A stretch of 59,106 bases of DNA from Clostridiales bacterium (GTDB lineage Bacteria; Bacillota; Clostridia; Christensenellales; Aristaeellaceae): the NCBI GenBank assembly GCA_004556985.1, contig SFFC01000003.1, positions 1 through 59,106 of the forward strand. The letters are read 5' to 3'. This document shows positions 55,055 to 59,106 of this stretch, piece after piece. The position numbers were made by a program, and so were the translations under genes. Under the pieces are notes generated by a model. That model searched no databases, was not told the origin of the DNA, and was given only the letters and a program-made list of their open reading frames with translations. Every line of letters begins with the position of its first letter. Position 1 is the first letter of the stretch.

Positions 55055-55099
55055 GAGGGAAAAGAAGGCCGCCCGCGGCGCAGAGCACGCGGGCGGCCT
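55055..55099 (-). terminator. Intrinsic terminator after the reductase gene
   Basis: 12-bp perfect stem (plus-strand AGGCCGCCCGCG / CGCGGGCGGCCT), followed on the minus strand by CTTCTTTTCCC. Confidence 0.6.
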
Positions 55100-55125
55100 G
55101 TGGGGCCTTATTCAGGGGAGGGGGA

Positions 55126-56826
55126 TTACTTCGCTGCGTAGGCGGCGGCGTTCTCGCCGGCGATGCCGCCAAAGACCACATCGACAGTCATGGGGTTGGC
55201 GCCGTTGGTGCCCACATACGCGCACTCGCCGGCCGCATACAGACCCGGGATGGCTGCGCCGTCGGCGTCGGTGACCTCGGTGGCGGTGTTGGTCACGATG
55301 CCGCCGAAGGTGCCCTGCACATGGGCGGTCAGCTTGCAGGCGTAGTACGGCGCCTCGTCAAAGGTGAGGTTGAGCATTGCGCGGCCGAATTCCTCGTCCT
55401 TGCCGTTGGCGACATAGCCCCTGTAGGCCTCAACCGTCCCGGCCAGACCGGCCGCATCGACGCCGATCTTCTCGGCCAGCGCTTCGAGGGTATCGGCGCA
55501 TTCATACATGCCCAGCTTGCCGTACTCGCGCACGTCGGCGATGCTGTCGATCATGGACTGATCGAAGATGGCCCAGCAGGTGCCGCCCTGCTCGACGACC
55601 TTCATACCCACGCCGTAGCCGCCCTGGTCGTTCACGAAGCGCTTGCCGTCCGCATTGACCACGATGGCGCCGGTGTTGGGCAGGCAGCCCATGTAATACA
55701 CGCGCACACCGTCGGTGTAGTAGGTGAAGTTGACGCGGACATGCTCCATGTTGCCAAGCTGTGCGCCGACGGCAGCCGCCATCCTGTGGCCGTCGCCCTT
55801 CGCGCCCACCGAGCAGGAGAAGTTGTAGCCCTTGAGGGAGGGCTGGTACTGCGCGACCCTCTCGTTGTCCGCGCCAAAGCCGCCGGAGGCCAGGATGACG
55901 GCCTTCGAGCGGATCGTGTATTCGCCGGCGTCATTTTTGACCTTGACCCCGGCTACGGCTCCGTTCTCCATGACGAGCTCGGTCGCCGCGTTGCCCACGC
56001 GGATGTCCACGCCGTTCTTCTCCACCTCATTCTGGAGCGCGGCGACGATCACCTGGCCCAGCTTGCCGGACTCGCGGGACGTCGTTGCGAACACGGCGCC
56101 GCCCGCCACGCTCAGCGGCGCGCCGATGGAGCGGAGCCAGTCCGCCGCAACGCCGTTCTGCTGGGCAAGAATGGTCAGGGCCTCCTCACTGTGACCCGGG
56201 TTGGCGGCGATGAGCGAGGCGGCATTGGCGTCGCTGGTGACGGCGTTGCCCAGGGCCTTGTGGGTCAGATCCTCCGTGGCGCCGAAGGCCTCGATCGAAT
56301 ACGCAGAGGTGCCGCCCAGGAAGTCGAGCTTCTCCAGCAGGATGACGCTGCTGCCGGCCTGCGCCGCTTTGACCGCCGCGGTCATGCCCGCAGCGCCGCC
56401 GCCCACGACGACGACATCTGTCTCGGCGTCCACGGCGACCTGATCGGTCGGAATCGGGCTGCGCAGATCCTGGGGATTCGCGCCGGCCTGTTTGATGCAG
56501 TCGTATGCCGCCTCCAGGAATGCGGCGCTGGAGATCGTCGCGCCCGCAACAATGTCCACGGCGACGGACTGATGCTCGACGATCTGCGCCGGGTACAGCT
56601 CCATCGGCACGTTGCCGGTCAGATAGGTTTCGTTGTGCGTCACCACGCGCACGTCGAGGATCGCGTCCTCGCTGAAATCCATCTGCAGGACAACGGGGCC
56701 GTTGCGTCCCTCGGCGATGGACGTGTAGGTGCCCGGCGTGAAGGACACGCCATCGGCCGCTGCACAGGAAAACAGCAGGATCAGGCACAGGGCCGCACAG
56801 AGGATGTGCTTCAGGGTCTTCATCAT
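55126..56826 (-). CDS. Secreted/lipid-anchored flavoprotein reductase: one FMN_bind domain and an FAD-dependent fumarate/urocanate-reductase-like domain
   Basis: GAAGGAGG RBS. Signal peptide MMKTLKHILCAALCLILLFSCAA (possible lipobox LFSC). FMN_bind motif DIVAGATISSAAF. FAD motif VVVVGGGAAGMTAAVKAAQAGS. C-terminal GGIVTN..IPGLYAAGE. Confidence 0.9.
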   Translation of the reverse strand: MMKTLKHILCAALCLILLFSCAAADGVSFTPGTYTSIAEGRNGPVVLQMDFSEDAILDVRVVTHNETYLTGNVPMELYPAQIVEHQSVAVDIVAGATISSAAFLEAAYDCIKQAGANPQDLRSPIPTDQVAVDAETDVVVVGGGAAGMTAAVKAAQAGSSVILLEKLDFLGGTSAYSIEAFGATEDLTHKALGNAVTSDANAASLIAANPGHSEEALTILAQQNGVAADWLRSIGAPLSVAGGAVFATTSRESGKLGQVIVAALQNEVEKNGVDIRVGNAATELVMENGAVAGVKVKNDAGEYTIRSKAVILASGGFGADNERVAQYQPSLKGYNFSCSVGAKGDGHRMAAAVGAQLGNMEHVRVNFTYYTDGVRVYYMGCLPNTGAIVVNADGKRFVNDQGGYGVGMKVVEQGGTCWAIFDQSMIDSIADVREYGKLGMYECADTLEALAEKIGVDAAGLAGTVEAYRGYVANGKDEEFGRAMLNLTFDEAPYYACKLTAHVQGTFGGIVTNTATEVTDADGAAIPGLYAAGECAYVGTNGANPMTVDVVFGGIAGENAAAYAAK

Positions 56827-56900
56827 GGGTTGCCTCCTTCTTTGAGTAGACAGATTGTGAAAAAGAAGATATAATTCACAACAGCTACCTGTTTATGGAT

Positions 56901-56931
56901 ATCATAAACCGTGGGGCAACCCCACAGTCAA
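56901..56931 (-). promoter_or_regulatory. MerR-type promoter (19-bp spacer with a dyad) driving the reductase gene
   Basis: Minus strand: TTGACT (56931-56926), 19-nt spacer GTGGGGTTGCCCCACGGTT containing the dyad GTGGGG/CCCCAC, then TATGAT (56906-56901). Confidence 0.6.
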
Positions 56932-56958
56932 CACAAACCTTTCACAATGAGGTCAGTT

Positions 56959-57771
56959 ATGAAAGACACCGTCAGACAGCTCTCGCGCAGGCTTGGCGTC
57001 TCCACCGACACCATCCGCCATTACCGGGAGATGGGGCTTTTGCATCCCCAGATCCACGAGAACGGATACGCCTACTATGGGCTTGACGACATGCTCCGCA
57101 TCCTCGTGACGAAGGAGATGCGCAGCATGGATATCTCCTTGCCGGAGACGCAGGACTTCCTCAACAACCGCAGCATGCACAACTACTGCGATTGGCTGAC
57201 GCTGCGCGAGCACGCGCTCAACGACCGCATCCGCTACCTGCAGCTGGAGCTTGACCGCCTTCAGGAGACGAAGACCTATGCCAGCTGCGGCGTGCGCCTG
57301 CTGGGCAGGGTCGAGGAGTTTGACGGCCCCGGCACATGGGCGATCTGCTCGATCGGCGTGGAGCGGCCCTACGAGCGCGGCGAAGCGCTCAGCGAATGGA
57401 TTGAGCACTTTCCCTTCACCTATGTCTCCGTCACCATCTCCCTTGAGGATCTGCTCGGCACGCAGGGCGATGCGCCCTATCCCGTCGGCATTGGGGCGGG
57501 CGCGCTGGAAAAGTATGTGCATACCTTTTCGCTTCCGCTCCCGGACGATGCCCATTTCCAGCCGGGCGGCCACTTTATCCGAACCTGCATTGTCACCCAC
57601 GATGCTTTGCACATTACGCCGAAGGATCTGGAGCCCCTGCACGCATACATCCATGCGCACGGCATGCGTTATGTCAGCTGTACGGGCGGACGCATCCTGT
57701 TTATGGAGGAGAAAGGCGACCGGCCCGCCTACTATTTGCTCGTCTGGGTGCGGGTCGAAAGGACGGAATAG
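56959..57771 (+). CDS. MerR family transcriptional regulator with a GyrI-like/effector-binding C-terminal domain
   Basis: ORF 56911..57771 trimmed to ATG 56959. HTH VRQLSRRLGVSTDTIRHYREMGLL, a coiled-coil LQLELDRLQE, then a ~150-aa C-terminal ligand-domain-like region. Confidence 0.85.
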   Translation: MKDTVRQLSRRLGVSTDTIRHYREMGLLHPQIHENGYAYYGLDDMLRILVTKEMRSMDISLPETQDFLNNRSMHNYCDWLTLREHALNDRIRYLQLELDRLQETKTYASCGVRLLGRVEEFDGPGTWAICSIGVERPYERGEALSEWIEHFPFTYVSVTISLEDLLGTQGDAPYPVGIGAGALEKYVHTFSLPLPDDAHFQPGGHFIRTCIVTHDALHITPKDLEPLHAYIHAHGMRYVSCTGGRILFMEEKGDRPAYYLLVWVRVERTE

Positions 57772-57877
57772 GCGCCCTTGCACCGGCAGGATGCCGGGCG
57801 AGGTGCCCGCAAGCGCCCGGCAGCCCTCATTTCGGGGGTGGCAAAGCGGAAAAGCCATCATCCGAGGGCAAAAAGAA

Positions 57878-57913
57878 AAACCGCCAACGGCGCGAAGAAC
57901 GCGGGCGGTTTGT
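57878..57913 (+). terminator. Candidate terminator after merR
   Basis: AAACCGCC ... GGCGGTTT outer stem with an inner CGCG/CGCG pairing, followed by TTTGTGG. Confidence 0.4.
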
Positions 57914-57944
57914 GGTGCACTGGGCAGGTTTCGAACCTGTGGCC
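57913..57944 (-). other. tRNA 3'-end fragment (T-arm, acceptor 3' strand and CCA), candidate att site
   Basis: The reverse complement reads GGCC-ACAGG-TTCGAAA-CCTGC-CCAGTGC-A-CCA. No matching 5' acceptor, D-arm or anticodon arm can be folded from the adjacent sequence. Confidence 0.5.
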
Positions 57945-58149
57945 TTTTGAATCGTAAACTTTCTTTGATCTTTATGAGTGAGAACGGATGTGCCTGGTTG
58001 GGATGCGTGTGAAGCGGTAAAGAGATGTGTTTGGAGCGGACACTCTCCGGGCTAACGCTGCACGGCGACCGCGATCTGCTAAGCCCCCGGCTCAGACGGC
58101 CAAGAACCTTTTTATTCATGGCGTCATCCTCTTGAAGGTATTGAAGAAC

Positions 58150-58482
58150 CACCTGTCAGAGCGAGCCACAGGGCGCTCAGGCTTTCATCCCTTCATCGAG
58201 TATTTTTCAGAATCAATGAGTCAGGCCTTTATTCAGATGAGCGCAGTTTTCGCAGAGCTTGAGCCGGCGATCATCAGAGCCAGGGTGCGAAGTGGGATGA
58301 AGAGTGCTCGTGATAAGGGCGTAAAGGTGGGCCGCAAGCCCACAACCAAAGATGACATTCCTGCGATCTTCTACAAGCATTATCCTGCTTTTGTTGCGAA
58401 GCAGATGAATGTGAGCGAGCTTGCGAGAGTGTGCGATCTGAGTAGGCCAACTGTTTATAAGTATTTGAAGTTGATAGTATGA
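58150..58482 (+). pseudogene. Serine recombinase (resolvase/invertase) C-terminal remnant lacking the catalytic N-terminal domain
   Basis: The tail of ORF 58027..58482, SQAFIQMSAVFAELEPAIIRARVRSGMKSARDKGVKVGRKP...MNVSELARVCDLSRPTVYKYL, matches the resolvase E-helix plus the C-terminal HTH. The usual AEFER reads AELEP. No Ser-containing N-terminal domain lies upstream. Confidence 0.6.
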
Positions 58483-58542
58483 GTAGTTAGCATTTCTAAT
58501 TGATAGAAATAGATAAGAGATGCAACTAAGTGTTATGACCAC

Positions 58543-58571
58543 TTGTTTACAATGGTTTGCTGTGGTATTAT
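58543..58571 (+). promoter_or_regulatory. Promoter in AT-rich DNA
   Basis: TTGTTT (58543-58548), 17-nt spacer ending in TGG, then TATTAT (58566-58571). Confidence 0.4.
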
Positions 58572-58612
58572 GTTTAGTGTAGTAGTTTTATTGAGGCTTA
58601 AGAGGTGGAAGA

Positions 58613-59106
58613 ATGCGCACAGCAAAAGAGCAAAGAGAAATAAGATTTATCTATAATAAGCACAATAAGTCCACAAAATATAAACTTGAGATTGATGATA
58701 ATAGAATTGTTTTTCCTGAGAACATTCGATTAATTATAAATAAAAGGGAAAAGAGAACAAATGAGGAAGCAGAAGAATTGAAGTGCTTTCGAGAAAAAGT
58801 ACTCTCCGAAATGGCAGAGGAAAGCGCTCAAATAGAGAAAACTGTCGAAATGGAATTGTTAAAGAAGAAGAGAGATAGAATAGAAAGAATTAGAATTGCA
58901 CAAGACAAGCGAAATCAGAATGATTCAAGCAAAAAGAAGCATATTGGTATTTGGATTACATTGGGTTCAAAATCGAGGATCAGCAGAGAACATTATGCAG
59001 AAATAAATAAAAAATCAAGCTTAAGTACTCCTCAAACAGTAGAGTATTATAGAAAGCATCCAGATAAACGATCGGAGCTATTTGAGGATGAAGAGTGCTC
59101 AATATA
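58613..59106 (+). CDS. Lys/Glu-rich hypothetical protein, 5' part (open to the window end)
   Basis: Absent from the track because it has no stop. AGAGGTGG RBS, ATG 58613, and 164 codons without a stop by my translation (MRTAKEQREIRFIYNKHNKSTKYKLEIDDNRIVFPENIR...). AT-rich codon usage unlike the rest of the window. Confidence 0.55.
   Translation, partial: MRTAKEQREIRFIYNKHNKSTKYKLEIDDNRIVFPENIRLIINKREKRTNEEAEELKCFREKVLSEMAEESAQIEKTVEMELLKKKRDRIERIRIAQDKRNQNDSSKKKHIGIWITLGSKSRISREHYAEINKKSSLSTPQTVEYYRKHPDKRSELFEDEECSI

Larger units (their letters stand above)
57945..59106. mobile_element. Left end of a putative integrated element (continues beyond the window)
   Basis: It begins at the tRNA 3' fragment and contains a truncated serine recombinase. 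From about 58490 the composition switches abruptly to AT-rich; for example, the 60-nt line starting at 58621 has 16 G+C. Confidence 0.45.

Noticed and set aside
58213-58542. Minus-strand ORF of 109 aa.
   Set aside because: It is antisense to the resolvase remnant and has no RBS or recognisable motif.
1-59106. Looked for CRISPR arrays, rRNA, intact IS or transposase genes, integrase genes, toxin-antitoxin pairs and known defence-system genes.
   Set aside because: None could be identified by eye. The only recombinase signal is the truncated resolvase at about 58.2 kb.

Overview
High-GC (most 60-nt lines well above 60% G+C) Firmicutes/Clostridia-like chromosomal segment, with GGAGG-type ribosome binding sites and TTGACA-N17-TATAAT promoters. 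It is densely coding. Most long Arg/Ala/Gly/Pro-rich ORFs in the track lie antisense to, or overlap, real genes and are GC-shadow artefacts. Many track ORFs also carry false N-terminal extensions or start at GTG/TTG, so I re-picked starts by RBS.

Content from left to right:
- XRE/AbrB regulator plus an acyltransferase, then a secreted acidic protein.
- PadR-DUF4097 cluster.
- TetR-gated secreted flavoprotein reductase with two FMN_bind domains and an FAD domain.
- Two tandem paralogous secreted SH3/PepSY-like proteins.
- Flavodoxin, NUDIX hydrolase, hpf.
- tRNA operon Val-Asp-Phe-Gly-Cys.
- A decayed islet: macro-domain pseudogene, orphan sortase B, low-GC gene fragments.
- AEC transporter plus oxidoreductase, then an ArsC-family protein.
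- dgoD pseudogene.
- LacI-controlled operon: SDR, TRAP transporter, SDR, FAD flavoprotein, cupin.
- A complete beta-mannooligosaccharide utilisation locus: GH113, LacI, CUT1 ABC transporter, GH130_2, CE2-like esterase, phosphomutase, 2-epimerase, GH130_1, SASA/CE17-like esterase, manA.
- Gfo/Idh/MocA oxidoreductase.
- MalR-like LacI regulator plus GH13 plus ABC transporter.
- SBP-like lipoprotein plus hybrid histidine kinase.
- MerR-gated FMN_bind/FAD reductase.
- At the right edge: a tRNA 3' fragment, a truncated serine recombinase and abruptly AT-rich foreign DNA that runs off the window.

The least explained signal is a 103-nt element present twice (99/103 identical, inverted orientation). 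Each copy points at a downstream gene and ends in a terminator-like hairpin. I saw no CRISPR array, rRNA or intact transposase. I cannot point to a clearly novel multi-gene system. The best candidates are the repeated element, the two regulator-gated extracytoplasmic flavin reductases of unknown substrate, the TRAP/FAD operon, and the island starting at about 57.9 kb.
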